DNA of 63,735 nucleotides, filler included, from Licmophora abbreviata (GCA_900291995.1; 13 parts of 13 records of this genome joined end to end with filler, not necessarily neighbours in it), one strand, 5' to 3'; counted from the first letter of the whole stretch, positions 33,413 through 46,460 are shown. The notes: a model not told the origin generated them from the letters alone. Numbers and translations are program-made.

Positions 33413-36394
33413 TTACATCTCTGCCTTTTCAACTAGCTCCTCCAACGATATCGGGCGCCACTTCGACTCGTTCAGCATGAATACAACATCAGAGTCCAAA
33501 TAGATGGCGATTCTTCCAAACATGAACACTTGTTTGCCGTCCTTGGTACTGTTCGCGCCCATTTTGGGAACAAACGACACGTTTCGTTCTCTTGCAAAGT
33601 CTTCGACAAGGTCACGAAAAGTGGCGCCTCCGTTGCTCGCTGGTGGGCGACGGACGGAGGGGCCGTTGCTATTTGTCGTGGTGTGTTCCATTCGACGGAG
33701 CTCTTCCTCTATCCTCTGGTTTGCCTCCATGGAACGTCTCGCAAAAACAACAGGAAAGCTGGTGGATGACGGAAGGTAGTCCACAATTGAGCCCGAAGAC
33801 TGGGTAGAGCGCAAGAGGAATAGCCCACTATAAAACATGCGACAAATCGCACTGTCGCCGCGAAGAAGGATTGAGCTTCTCGACATGTCGCCACTAGTAC
33901 CCTTCGGGCCCTTCAATAGCTTTTCTTTCCAAGCGCCGTAAAAGTCGGAGAAGGCCTCCACATCAAGCTCATGAGCTGTTGACAGCCAATCATGAACAAC
34001 GCCCAGCCACATTGAGAGCACCGATCCTTCCACAAGACTCAGAAACTCTCTGTCTGCCATTACACCCGTTCCGTGGCAACGAAACAAGGTGTCGAGCCCA
34101 TCCCAGCCTTGGCCTTTTGTCGCTCGGGAAACGTTCTGGCGAGACAGAAAACGAGCCATGCGAGTCGAAATGTATTTTGAGGCGAGCTCTTGGATGGTCT
34201 TCTGCTCGAGTAGCCCGATCCATGGCTTGAGCAGCCCGATCGAGCTGCGAAAGTAGGACTCGTCGTCCACGAGCTTACGCTGTAGATAAGAAAGCGCACT
34301 CCTAAGCTTTCTTCGACAATCGTTTGCCATTTGTGGAAGCACCGTCGGGTGGTCGAGATATTGTATCCATGGAAGTATCCAAAGATCCAGCCTGTTCTCT
34401 ACGGTCTCCGAGTCATCCGATAGAACTGGCTCCCATTGGCTAACAGCACGTGACAGTTTCGGAACAACCGTGTCAAAGACAAGCTCTCGCTTGACTCGAT
34501 CGGCCACGTCCATGTGGTTTTCATCAATTGTATCCGCCGGGAGAACAAACACATTCTCTTCTTCTTGCTGAGCTGCTGTTTGCGTTCTAGGCGGAAAAGT
34601 TCGAATGGCTGATGCCAGCACCGTCTCGACCAGTCGCACAGCGTTTTCGACGTTGCTCATTGGGTCCCACTTTGTAGACTCCAACGCAATTTTGGCTCGG
34701 GCCACAATATGATCAAAAAACACCACCCTCTTCATCAGTAGATTAGATTCCCCATCATCATCGGCGAAACGCATTGCCGACACAAGCATCGTTTCCGTTG
34801 CGGAAAGATCATCTTGCAAAGGATCCCAGGCATCCATTCGGGCTCGAATCATTGGACTAAGGAGAGATGGAGCGAGAACGTCATCGAATCTTAGCGCTGC
34901 TCGTTCATCCGCGCTCAAGCTTTCGCCAAGCTGGCGTACAAGCGCTTTTGCGCTGTCGACGGAGTGGTCATCGCCACCAAGGAGTTCTTCGATTTCATCG
35001 ATAATCCGCTGTACGTTTCGCATCTTCGTTATTCGATCGTCCACGTTTTCTAGTTGCTGCTCCATATCGCTAACGTCAGACCTTAAGCTCTGCAGTTTCT
35101 TTCCATTGGACTCGACAAAATGAGAAGCTGAGTGAATCTTGTTCTCATAGGTGTTCATCAGAATTGTTACATTGTGCAGCAGCTCCTCTGCGAGCGGGAC
35201 TTCCTTGTCTGCCTCATTCGCTTGGTCTACCGCTGGTCCTCGCATGTCGATAATGATAGATTGCTTCTGAGTCTTCAGGAGTTCGGTGTACGGGACCACC
35301 GTCCGTCTTGGTCGTTTCTTTGACGATTGGCGTGCTCCTTTCTTCCAGGACTGCTGCTGTAGGAGCTCCTGAGTCGTCGGAAGTGCCGAGCTATCAGACT
35401 TACGGAAGCCCATGTCGTCACTTTCCTCCAGCTCTTTCTGCTTTGAAGGCTCAACGCCGCGCACTTCAGCCTCGATCTGTTTATTGACTTTGAGATTTGT
35501 CGCTTCCTTGAAACTACCAAACCCCAATCCCAAATTAGCCGGACGGACCTTGACTTCCACTGGCCGCGAGATACCAACACGCTTTTCTTCTTTATATTCT
35601 CTCGAATCTTTCTTTTTCAATCGTTTGGCTCCCAGCCCTCCGCTTCCCCCGTATCCCATCTTCGTCAAGAGCTTCATCCCGATTCCTTTTGTGTGCTTTT
35701 CCCACTTTCCCAGGTTTGGGTCGACACGGATGGGAGTCGGTGGCTTCAAGCCGATCCCGAAATTAGACGGCATTCCCAGTCCTGTCGGCACTTCCAAGTC
35801 TTCATTCATGTGTTGCATGCTGCTGCCACCAGCTTGGAATCCAAGGCCCGTCCCCGTGGTTGGCTCTTGCGACGCGGAAGGCCCGTCTGCACGTGACCGT
35901 TGTCGACGACCTCCCCTCCCTCGCCCCAGCAACTGATGGAAGCGAGCATTGGCGATTTCTTGTTGCTCCTTGCGCTCTTTTTCGAATCGCGCTGTTTCCT
36001 CATCCTCAGAGTCTTGTTTCTCTGGCTCTACCGAGACCGGCGCCTCCGACGCCCGAGGCGATTCTAGTGTCGTGGATGACTGGGCCCCTGTTGTCGTTGT
36101 CTTTAGATCATCCCCTTCATCTTGTGTCTTTTCCGCGGTCCCCTTGACAAACGTGGGAGTCCTCGAAAATGAAGTTTTTGGTTGTTTTCTTGGTGGTCCG
36201 TCTCCGTTTAGGAAGACGCCATACGTGGCTGTGTCCTTGCCATAGTCGACGTCGTGGTTGTCGACCTTGTCTTCGTCTCCAAAGGTAGTGTACTGAAATC
36301 GCCGCTTCGCTGGCACGAATCCCATATTTTCATCGTCACTTGAGTTGTCATCGTCATCCCGAAGCTCATCGTCTCCGTAATCATAGTCCGACAT
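33413..36394 (-). CDS. TFIP11: Tuftelin-interacting protein 11 / spliceosome disassembly factor (G-patch + GCFC)
   Basis: TYGVF, G-patch WEKHTKGIGMKLLTKMGY...GLGFG, ELLHNV, WILPW and C-terminal FRDLVEDFA...GKQVFMFG. Confidence 0.9.
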   Translation of the reverse strand: MSDYDYGDDELRDDDDNSSDDENMGFVPAKRRFQYTTFGDEDKVDNHDVDYGKDTATYGVFLNGDGPPRKQPKTSFSRTPTFVKGTAEKTQDEGDDLKTTTTGAQSSTTLESPRASEAPVSVEPEKQDSEDEETARFEKERKEQQEIANARFHQLLGRGRGGRRQRSRADGPSASQEPTTGTGLGFQAGGSSMQHMNEDLEVPTGLGMPSNFGIGLKPPTPIRVDPNLGKWEKHTKGIGMKLLTKMGYGGSGGLGAKRLKKKDSREYKEEKRVGISRPVEVKVRPANLGLGFGSFKEATNLKVNKQIEAEVRGVEPSKQKELEESDDMGFRKSDSSALPTTQELLQQQSWKKGARQSSKKRPRRTVVPYTELLKTQKQSIIIDMRGPAVDQANEADKEVPLAEELLHNVTILMNTYENKIHSASHFVESNGKKLQSLRSDVSDMEQQLENVDDRITKMRNVQRIIDEIEELLGGDDHSVDSAKALVRQLGESLSADERAALRFDDVLAPSLLSPMIRARMDAWDPLQDDLSATETMLVSAMRFADDDGESNLLMKRVVFFDHIVARAKIALESTKWDPMSNVENAVRLVETVLASAIRTFPPRTQTAAQQEEENVFVLPADTIDENHMDVADRVKRELVFDTVVPKLSRAVSQWEPVLSDDSETVENRLDLWILPWIQYLDHPTVLPQMANDCRRKLRSALSYLQRKLVDDESYFRSSIGLLKPWIGLLEQKTIQELASKYISTRMARFLSRQNVSRATKGQGWDGLDTLFRCHGTGVMADREFLSLVEGSVLSMWLGVVHDWLSTAHELDVEAFSDFYGAWKEKLLKGPKGTSGDMSRSSILLRGDSAICRMFYSGLFLLRSTQSSGSIVDYLPSSTSFPVVFARRSMEANQRIEEELRRMEHTTTNSNGPSVRRPPASNGGATFRDLVEDFARERNVSFVPKMGANSTKDGKQVFMFGRIAIYLDSDVVFMLNESKWRPISLEELVEKAEM

Positions 36395-36939
36395 GTTCAA
36401 GGAAGTAGGATCACAGCGACGGCGCCGCGGACGTTGTTCGTCACGGCGAATGTGGTGAGTTACAGCTTTCGAGATTTTTCAACCTCAATTTCATGGTTGG
36501 AAGTGACTCGTGACTGTAGACTCGTGACTCATGAAAAGAGCGCGCCACGACTGAGATGTGGAGCGCGCGCATGCAATGCGGCAGGCGCGCCAAAAAGGCA
36601 GTCACGAGTGGCCAGCTGGCGACTGTTGGCGACGACGATAGGACGATGACCTTCCTCATCGCAGTCCACGCTCCATGTTTGTGCCTTGACGTTGCCAGTG
36701 CTACTCCTTGATTGATCATTTCCGCAGGTAAGTGCTTGTCAGGTAGAAAGAATTGTATTCCGCGGTATACTTGGGTTTTCCAGAAGCGACAATACGCCTT
36801 GATGTTGTCGGGCTCCTTGGTTGCTTCTCAAAGTCCGGACGAAAAATTCAAATTTGGCATCGTGACTGAGATGTACGCAAACGAATCGCTGATTCTCACT
36901 GCAATGCCGTTCTCCACAGTAGCTAGGCACAGTAGAATC

Positions 36940-38677
36940 ATGACAGGATCTCAGGAACAACAATCCCCTGGCGATGTCAAGAAAAAGATGGAGTGGCTCT
37001 CGGGCGCCTTCAACAAGGAAGATGACGAAAAGTCTGGTCCCAAGTCACAACCAGTCACCCGATCGCTGATTTCTGATCGCATGAAGTGGCTAAACGAGGA
37101 ATCCAGTAACGAGAAATTGCCAGCTCAGAAAGAGTCTACTACCCCACGATCTAGCTCGTTGATCAAGTCTCGAATGAAGTGGCTGGACGAGCAGAAGGAC
37201 AAGGAGGCCGAGAAGCCCGCGAAAACCGAAGCTCCGACGCCACGCTCTTCCGATCTCGTAAAAGGGCGAATGCAATGGCTCGATGAGCAGGCCAAACAAG
37301 ACTCTGAGATGCCTCAGAAGGAAGCACCCGACTCCCCGCTCTAGTGTACTGGTGAAGGACAGAATGCAGTGGCTTGACCAGCAGAAGAAGCCTGAACCTG
37401 CTGGGAAGGAGGCGTCGACACCCATCTCGGGAGATCTCGTGAAAGACAGGATGAAATGGCTAGACAAGCAGAAAGAAGACAGCAAGGCGTCGCTCAAGAA
37501 GTCGTCGGTGAGCATGTCCAATGACCTAGTCGAGTCTAGAATGAAATGGCTAGACGAGCAGAAAGAAGCCAGCAAAGAGATCCCCAAGAAGGAACCGGTG
37601 TACGTCTCGAGCGATCTAATCAGTGAGAGGCTCAGTTGGATGCAGCAGGTAAAGGAAGAATCTGCAAAGCTCCCAGAAAAGGAGCGTGTAGAGCTGACGA
37701 GTAGTCTCATTGCCGAACGACTGGAGGTCTTGCAGGAGCAGCAGCAAAAGGCTCAGGAGCTCCCAGAGAAGGATCAGTCGCCTGTCACGCAGCAATTAAT
37801 CTCAGAGAAGATCCGGTGGCTCCAGGAGATGCAGACTGAAGACCCAGAAAAGGCGATCAAAAAGGAAGAAGTACGAGTCTCGAACGCTCTCATCAGTGAG
37901 AGGCTCAGCTGGATGCAGCAGCTGAAGGAGGAATCTGCAGAGCTCCCAGAGAAAGAGCGCGTTGAAATGACGAGCAGTCTCATTGCTGATCGGTTGGAGC
38001 TGCTGCAGGAGCAGCAGCGAAAGGCCAATGAGCTCCCCGAGAAGGAGCAATCGCCCGTCACGCAGGAGCTTATCGCTGAGAAGATTCAATGGCTACATAA
38101 GATTCAAAACGACGACCCAGAAAAGGCGCTGAAGAAAGAACAGATGCGAGTGTCGACCCAGTTGATATCGGAACGTCTCGCTTGGGTCGAGGAGATGCAG
38201 GAGAAGTCGACGCAGCTACCAGAGAAGGAGCGTGTAGAGATGACTAAAAGCCTCATTGCTGACCGGCTCCATTTCGTGCAAGAAGAGCAACGAAAAGCAT
38301 CTGAACTCCCCGAGAAGGAGCAGTCGCCCGTCACGCAACAAGCGATCGCCGAAAAGATTCAGTGGCTTCAGACTTTGCAAGACGCTTCGGAAGATTTGCC
38401 CGAGAAAGACCAGATGGAAATTACTAATTCGTTGATCAATGAACGTCGGGACTGGCTAGAATCGCAAAAAAGCGACGCAAAAGACATGACAATGGAAGAA
38501 CAAGCGGAAATGACAAACTTTCTCCTCTCGGATCGGCTTCAGTGGTTAGAACGAGAAGCAACGCGAGACGATGCGGCGCTCGCAATCATGGGAGAGCTGG
38601 TGGCGACCGAGGAAGCTGCAAAAGGCGAGAGAATTGCAGTCGAAGAGAGGACTACCCCAAATGCAGAGCTGGTGTAG
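36940..38677 (+). CDS. Tandem-repeat protein of ~18 x 30-31 aa units (S.LI.ERM.WL); +1 indel near 37328
   Basis: Repeats continue without break across the two ORFs when one C is removed at GCACCCGACT. DNA-level 273-nt periodicity (37621 vs 37894). Confidence 0.8.
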
Positions 38678-38970
38678 ATGCCCAGATAGCGTATGTTCAA
38701 GATTGGGTTATTGAATGTGTTCCTATAATCAAGGATAGAATCCAAGTTAATCGATTAAACTACTGATATGACACGAACCGGCGCTTGTCTTTCATTCAGA
38801 CGCGACCACTTGATTCCTAGCGTTCAGAACCTAACTGAATGAATCAAGTCTGAAGGTCCGCAGTTGCGCTCGCGAACTCAACGCTCAAAGGGAAGCCTTC
38901 GCGAGATTCCTCATCGGTATCCCCATTTGTTCGGGCCTGTAAAACATGTTGTATTCCAGTAACCGCTTGT

Positions 38971-40855
<1,885 letters not shown>

Positions 40856-41196
40856 TCTATAGTCTAGTTGATGGTTCAAGTTCGTCGTTGACTCGGGGAA
40901 GCGTCCGATCGACTGAGATCACGGCTGATGTCGTCCCGTCGTCATGGGTGCTCGGATCTCGGGGTTTTGAATTTGGGCTCCAGCCTACTAAAATAATCGA
41001 CGTCTGTCGCACGATTGAAAACGAAATTGAGAACACCGACCGTACGAGTAGGTATNNNNNNNNNNNNNNNNNNNNNNNNNNNNNNNNNNNNNNNNNNNNT
41101 TAATTAATTAANNNNNNNNNNNNNNNNNNNNNNNNNNNNNNNNNNNNNNNNNNNNACACCACCCAGGCTCACAATTTCGGAATGAGGATCATCACC

Positions 41197-42021
41197 ATGG
41201 TTGTCTCAACACAGGCCGTTGCTTCTGCCTTCAAATCACCTGCGCTTACAGCATATAAAAGATCGTACCAGAAGAAAGGACAAAGGGATGTTCTTCATGA
41301 AGAAGTCTTTCGTTCCCTCTCGGAGGTTGTCCAAAGTCCAATAAAACGCGTGCTGTATCCTGGGTGTCACCGTCACATTACCGCATCCCTCGTCTTTCCG
41401 GATGTTGACTACGTAGATTCTGACAAAAAAGTAGCTGATGTCTATGAAGACAATGCAGTGAAGGATTGGATCTTGTCTGAAACCGGCAGCATCAACGAAA
41501 CGGATGAAACATTGTCAGAACACAAGTGGACGTTTACATGTGCCTCGTACGAATCGATGGCACAGAAGAAGTCCAAGTTTCAAGACAACAGTTATGATTT
41601 GATGATATCGTTATCGGCTGGGATTGTCACCGATCCGTGTTCACGGTATATTCGGCAATGTGGCTACTTTTTGGTTAACGATTCACATGCTGATGCAAGT
41701 GCCGCCTTCGTTGCTACTACAGGGAAAAAGGGATCTAAATTGTTTAACTTGGTCGCGTCTTGGGAAGATGAGTCGTTGGGTTGGAAGACGACAGATTTAG
41801 AAGATTACTTCAAGACGACCAAAGGTTATTACATTTCCGTCAAGCAAGCTCGTGAAGCAGCTGAGATTGGTTCTAAATCGAAACGTTCGTTTCGGATGGA
41901 GAAAGATGCACACTTCTATCTGTTCCGTAAATCCTCCACGAGTGCTAAAAGTGAAGGTGAGGCTGGGGAAGGCGGCGAGGCCAAAAATCGATCCAGCAAT
42001 AAGCGTCGACGAGTTAAGTAG
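41197..42021 (+). CDS. Intronless class-I SAM methyltransferase-like hypothetical protein
   Basis: RVLYPGC (motif I-like), DYVDSD, YDLMISLSAG and YFLVNDSHADAS; C-terminal KRRRVK is NLS-like. Confidence 0.6.
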   Translation: MVVSTQAVASAFKSPALTAYKRSYQKKGQRDVLHEEVFRSLSEVVQSPIKRVLYPGCHRHITASLVFPDVDYVDSDKKVADVYEDNAVKDWILSETGSINETDETLSEHKWTFTCASYESMAQKKSKFQDNSYDLMISLSAGIVTDPCSRYIRQCGYFLVNDSHADASAAFVATTGKKGSKLFNLVASWEDESLGWKTTDLEDYFKTTKGYYISVKQAREAAEIGSKSKRSFRMEKDAHFYLFRKSSTSAKSEGEAGEGGEAKNRSSNKRRRVK

Positions 42022-42179
42022 AGGGATGAACTTGAGGTTGCAAGGATATAGAATACTTTGCGAATAATGATGCGTTCCATGGTCCTCCTCTTGATTTATG
42101 TAAGACTAAAATTAGTCTCATGAATTCATAAGATAAATGATTAGAGCACTCAAAGATCAAGGACCGACAACTGGTTTGT

Positions 42180-42500
42180 TATCTAAATCACCTTGATGCT
42201 GTTTGAGGTATGCTGCGAATCGTTCATCACTGTTATAGAACGCCATACATTCATTGACATCCTTTTGGATGTCTTTGCAACGAAACGGTGCCAACAAACC
42301 TTCGTCTTTGATACATTCTGCAAACGTCCCGACTTGTAAATCGCATTATTGAATCGCATCAGCCTTGAATTCTTTTCGCAATTCGTGTTCTGCAAAATGA
42401 CGAAACGACAACCGTGATTCGCGTCCCATGTCGTTGGTTCGGCCGGCATAATCTCGATCCACCTGTTGTTGCGGCTGTTGAGATGAACGGCTGCCTTCAC
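42180..42500 (-). pseudogene. CMC1-like twin-Cx9C COX-assembly gene interrupted by TAA at 42348-42346
   Basis: Reading through the stop gives FAEHELRKEFKADAIQ*CDLQVGTFAECIKDEGLLAPFRCKDIQKDVNECMAFYNS (Cx9C-x11-Cx9C). Confidence 0.75.
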
Positions 42501-42931
42501 AGGATGTTGTGGTTGTCGTCGTGGAGGAAGCCAGGGACGATAAGAGTGACGAAAGACTCTCGGATGGGCCACTCACTCGTCTGTTCTATCGGAGGGCATT
42601 TGGACGAGAGCTTTTCGGTGTTCAGCACAGGAGTAAAGCGCTTGTTCTCGTCTGTCGCCAGCTCAAAACCAAACTTCATTGACGCCTCCAGGACGGTCTT
42701 AACCTCGTCGTCAAGAAAAGCAAAGCCGTGAGGGCAACATGCGCGTGCATGGGACGAGAGATCTGACAAAGACGAAGCGGTCTCAAACTGCGAGCTATCC
42801 ATGTCGAGATCATGCACACGAATAAAGGTAGCGGATGTGGATCGACGGAGTGAAGGGGCCGAGGCTGTTGGCGACTCGAGACCACCAAAGTCGTCCATCA
42901 TGACATTTCTCGCCCGAGGAGTCGCCAGCAT
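42497..42931 (-). CDS. Short hypothetical ORF, possibly an N-terminal gene fragment
   Basis: ATG-started ~144 aa with protein-like composition; it ends directly at the 5' side of the CMC1-like sequence. Confidence 0.4.
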   Translation of the reverse strand: MLATPRARNVMMDDFGGLESPTASAPSLRRSTSATFIRVHDLDMDSSQFETASSLSDLSSHARACCPHGFAFLDDEVKTVLEASMKFGFELATDENKRFTPVLNTEKLSSKCPPIEQTSEWPIRESFVTLIVPGFLHDDNHNIL

Positions 42932-43081
42932 TGGATTCAATACGTGCTTATTGTCAAGGCTCGTGTGCGTTGTCGTTGACGTAGTGTAACTAAAGTCAGT
43001 GCGCGCTTTACCAAAAAATGAAACAAGCCTGTTTCCGAGCAAACCGGAACCGACCCTGAGTAAGTGGTCATATTCGAGCTA

Positions 43082-44310
43082 CTACACAACAATCGTAAGA
43101 CCCTGACGCGTCGCGGGTGCCCCTCTCGACAGGACCCAGATATCATACGCCGTAAAATACAAGCCTTGAACCAGAGGCAAGAGACTGAAAATGATGATAA
43201 AGGAGACAACAATTGCTGCAATCGCATCCGCGACGTCTGGGCTAAGCTCGTCCCATACAAACGCAATGCCCGCCGCAATGAGGACAGCGATGCTACGCAA
43301 TGTGTCTGCGAAAACGTGCTGTCATTAATAGAATAGAGAAATAGAAAAAGAACACATGAGTCGATTGCATCTTGTCGTTTGTACCACGACACTTTTAGTC
43401 TGGTTGTAGTCTCGGAACGTACAGTCCACGCAGAACACATGTTGAGATTGATGCCTTCCGATTCCACGCTTTCATCATCTCTATCTTGCGTCCCATCAGC
43501 AGCGTATCTCTTTTGGTTGCCCTCTCCACTTCTTACAAGTGCGTCACGCTCCGAAGTCGACGTCCCCTCCGAATGATCATTGTAGCGGCTGGCACTGCTT
43601 GCCCCTTGCGAATGCATGAGTCCAATGGCTTGATCGGCACGAGCAAAGTAAAAGACATTCACGACGTCGAGTATGAGATTGGCACCGCTAAACAACAGCA
43701 TAATGGTAAGGTCTGGCTGAACTGCAGAGGACCCCATCAGCGTTCGCATCGAATCCCGCAAGGTGATGATGGTGACGCCCATGAGCGCACAAACACTAAT
43801 CAATGGCGGGATGAGTTCGAGATACAGTCGCATGAGCTTTCGACGATGATGCCGGACAGGCGAAGGCAGCTGAATTTCTTTCTCTGAGTAAGGACGTCGC
43901 TTGAGTCGTTCCGCCAGCAGATTGAACAAGTAAGTAAGGGCGTCCACAAACATCGCTTCCGAATCTGCCAGCATGGCTTGACTCTTAGCCATAATAGCAA
44001 ATCCCGTTTGAAGCAGCGTGAATCCGAGAAAAGAGAAAAAGGCAATGTTCTACAGATGAATGAGGAGAGGAAAGAATTTGAGAACAAACGTGTTATGTGG
44101 TGGACCCTTGATGCGCATCAATCGAAACAGCGCTTGTTCGCCGGCCGCACTCACCAACACGTATTCGTTCGTCGGTTTTTCCAGATCGAGCGCATTTATC
44201 GATACATGGCTGTAGTCAAGAGCACGTAGGCTATCGTCCTCCTCCCGCGTGGGATTGGAAGAGGAGGCGTTCTGCTCTTGGTAGCTGTTGTTGTTGTTGT
44301 TGTATGCCAT
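43082..44310 (-). CDS. Cation diffusion facilitator (CDF/ZnT-like), TM domain only; exons 44310-44155, 44049-43423, 43318-43082
   Basis: SQAMLADSEAMFVD, spliced NLNMCSAWT|HVFADTLRS and ADAIAAIVVS. Confidence 0.85.
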
Positions 44311-44951
44311 CGTGAAGGCAAAGAGTGTCGGCGCCTCGAATAAGGCCTAGTGTAGCGCTGGGAAACTTGAAGTCTACGAAACATCCGAGCTGAGTGAACA
44401 TTCAACTCACCTCTCTATGATACTTACCACCCGTATGTCGCACGGACTGACAGACGTCGATTGAAAACACTGTGTCTGTATGTCATCCGCCGAAAAATCG
44501 AAAGATCCAAATTTGCAAATTTCAAATTTCAATTCCGATTCCAAAGTTTGGAAGGNNNNNNNNNNNNNNNNNNNNNNNNNNNNNNNNNNNNNNNNNNNNT
44601 TAATTAATTAANNNNNNNNNNNNNNNNNNNNNNNNNNNNNNNNNNNNNNNNNNNNTCTACAAAATCATAATCGTGAATGAAAAACTATCATCGCAATCGT
44701 ATTCACTGTCTCACTCTCTATTCTTAAACCGTGCTTTTATGAATAACGTGGTAAGAGCTGATTATTCAATTAAACACTTGCCAGCTGGAAAGTGAACGAT
44801 TAGCTCATTTCAAAGAGCGAGCGCGCTTCGGTCTTCACTTTTTTTGCGCAGCCTTGTGACTGATGAGTGCGTGACGCCGTTGTTGCGTGGTTTCATTGGT
44901 AGACTTTCTCCCTGGTATCGGTCCATTCACGATATTGCAACCAGGTACAGC

Positions 44952-46460
44952 ATGATACACAAATCTTCCTCAATGTCCACGGTATGTGAATATGGTGCTC
45001 CCTCAGATGGGTTGGTAGAGATTGACTTTGACTTACAGAAGGACCGAAGCGCAATACTTCGGTCACGAGATGGATTGACTATGCGAAAACAAGAATCGTA
45101 TTCGTTTCAGCCTGCTGGAATGCTATCTGAAGGATTCTCAAGCGACAAAAGAAAGGAAGTCATTCTCTTCGGGGTCGATATCTCTTCTCTATCGCCCACC
45201 ATGCAGTTCCTTCTCTGTGCCGGTGGAGCCTTCGTATTTTCTCTCGCCTACGGCTACCTTCAAGAGCTCATTTCGGTACACGTCGCGGGACGCCGATTTG
45301 CTCTCTTTCTAGCCGTCTGCACCTTGGCTGGGTCAGCTTCCTGGTCATTTCTTCTGACGTGGTTACGGCAGTCGACGATGCCAGTCAACAAGCGAGAAGG
45401 AATCAAGCCTGCTGCCGCGCCCTTCTCGAAATTCATCGGCCTCGCGCTAGTCCGAGCCATGGATCTCGCGTTAACCAATTTGGCTATGCAGTTTCTCAAC
45501 TATCCAGCTAAGACGCTCATCAAGAGCTCCAAAGTTGTTTTCACGATGGCCCTCGGTGTAGTGATACAGCATCATCGATACCGCGTTCGAGACTATGCCG
45601 TGGTATTAACCATGGTGTTTGGGCTGGCTGTATTTTTGCACGCAGACTCGACCAGTGACGCGGTCTTCCATCCAATCGGAGTCTTGTTTCTGTTATTTTC
45701 CCTCGTTGGCGATGGAGTCATCAACAACTACTCAGAAAAGCTGATGGACAGCTATTCAATGACACAAGATGAGTATCACACTCGCTTGTACACAATAGCC
45801 CTTGTCGCCACAATGATGGCCGCACATCTGCATCACGAGCTCCTCGAGGGTATTACCGTGTTTCTATTGCAGCCCGGTACCGTTGACGAAATCGAGTCTG
45901 GCAATGCAGAAAACACTAAGTGGCCTGTATCGAGGAAAGCGCTCGTCTTGGTATTGTTCTCTGCGACGGGTATCTTTGGAGCTTCGTGTCTCGGGGCCAT
46001 TACCAGACGATTCGGAGCGCTCACCATGGCGCTCACCAGTACGGCACGAAAGGCCATGACTCTTTTTTTGAGTTTTGCCATGTTTCACAATACCTGTACG
46101 CGCCAGCACGTGGGTGGCGTCTTCTTGTTCATTGGTGCTCTAATAGTCAAGAGCGTCGGCGCCACTAACAAGAATCGACGACGGGAGAGTACAGCCGTGC
46201 CGGAAGCCGAGAAGGAGCATGAGCTGCCGCGAATCGAGGCAGTGAGTCGGTTTGATATTCCACCGCCCAAACCGTTTGGGCGCCGTGGACGGTTCATGAG
46301 CATGCGCGACGTTTCAGTGGGCGAAATGGCGCTTGATCCTTTGGTGTCACATACGCGTCACACGACTGATACCACCATGGATTTCTCGCCAGAGAGCAGT
46401 GTTGACCTCAACACCGACGATTCTGAGCTTGGAATTCCTTTCTCGGACGATGAACAATAA
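44952..46460 (+). CDS. UAA-family nucleotide-sugar/PAPS transporter (SLC35B-like)
   Basis: YGYLQE, LNYPAKTLIKSSK and FGALTMALTSTARKAMTLFLSF; about 10 TM segments. Confidence 0.9.
   Translation: MIHKSSSMSTVCEYGAPSDGLVEIDFDLQKDRSAILRSRDGLTMRKQESYSFQPAGMLSEGFSSDKRKEVILFGVDISSLSPTMQFLLCAGGAFVFSLAYGYLQELISVHVAGRRFALFLAVCTLAGSASWSFLLTWLRQSTMPVNKREGIKPAAAPFSKFIGLALVRAMDLALTNLAMQFLNYPAKTLIKSSKVVFTMALGVVIQHHRYRVRDYAVVLTMVFGLAVFLHADSTSDAVFHPIGVLFLLFSLVGDGVINNYSEKLMDSYSMTQDEYHTRLYTIALVATMMAAHLHHELLEGITVFLLQPGTVDEIESGNAENTKWPVSRKALVLVLFSATGIFGASCLGAITRRFGALTMALTSTARKAMTLFLSFAMFHNTCTRQHVGGVFLFIGALIVKSVGATNKNRRRESTAVPEAEKEHELPRIEAVSRFDIPPPKPFGRRGRFMSMRDVSVGEMALDPLVSHTRHTTDTTMDFSPESSVDLNTDDSELGIPFSDDEQ

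Noticed and set aside
3155..37335. Programmed frameshifting or pseudogenisation in RSH (~3160), SDR (~11382), the EF-hand protein (~20355), the Ca-ATPase (~26580) and the repeat protein (~37328)
   Set aside because: All five are +/-1 changes in short homopolymers of otherwise intact genes, which is the typical sequencing-error signature. No shared slippery site or structure was seen. Reads are needed to close the question.
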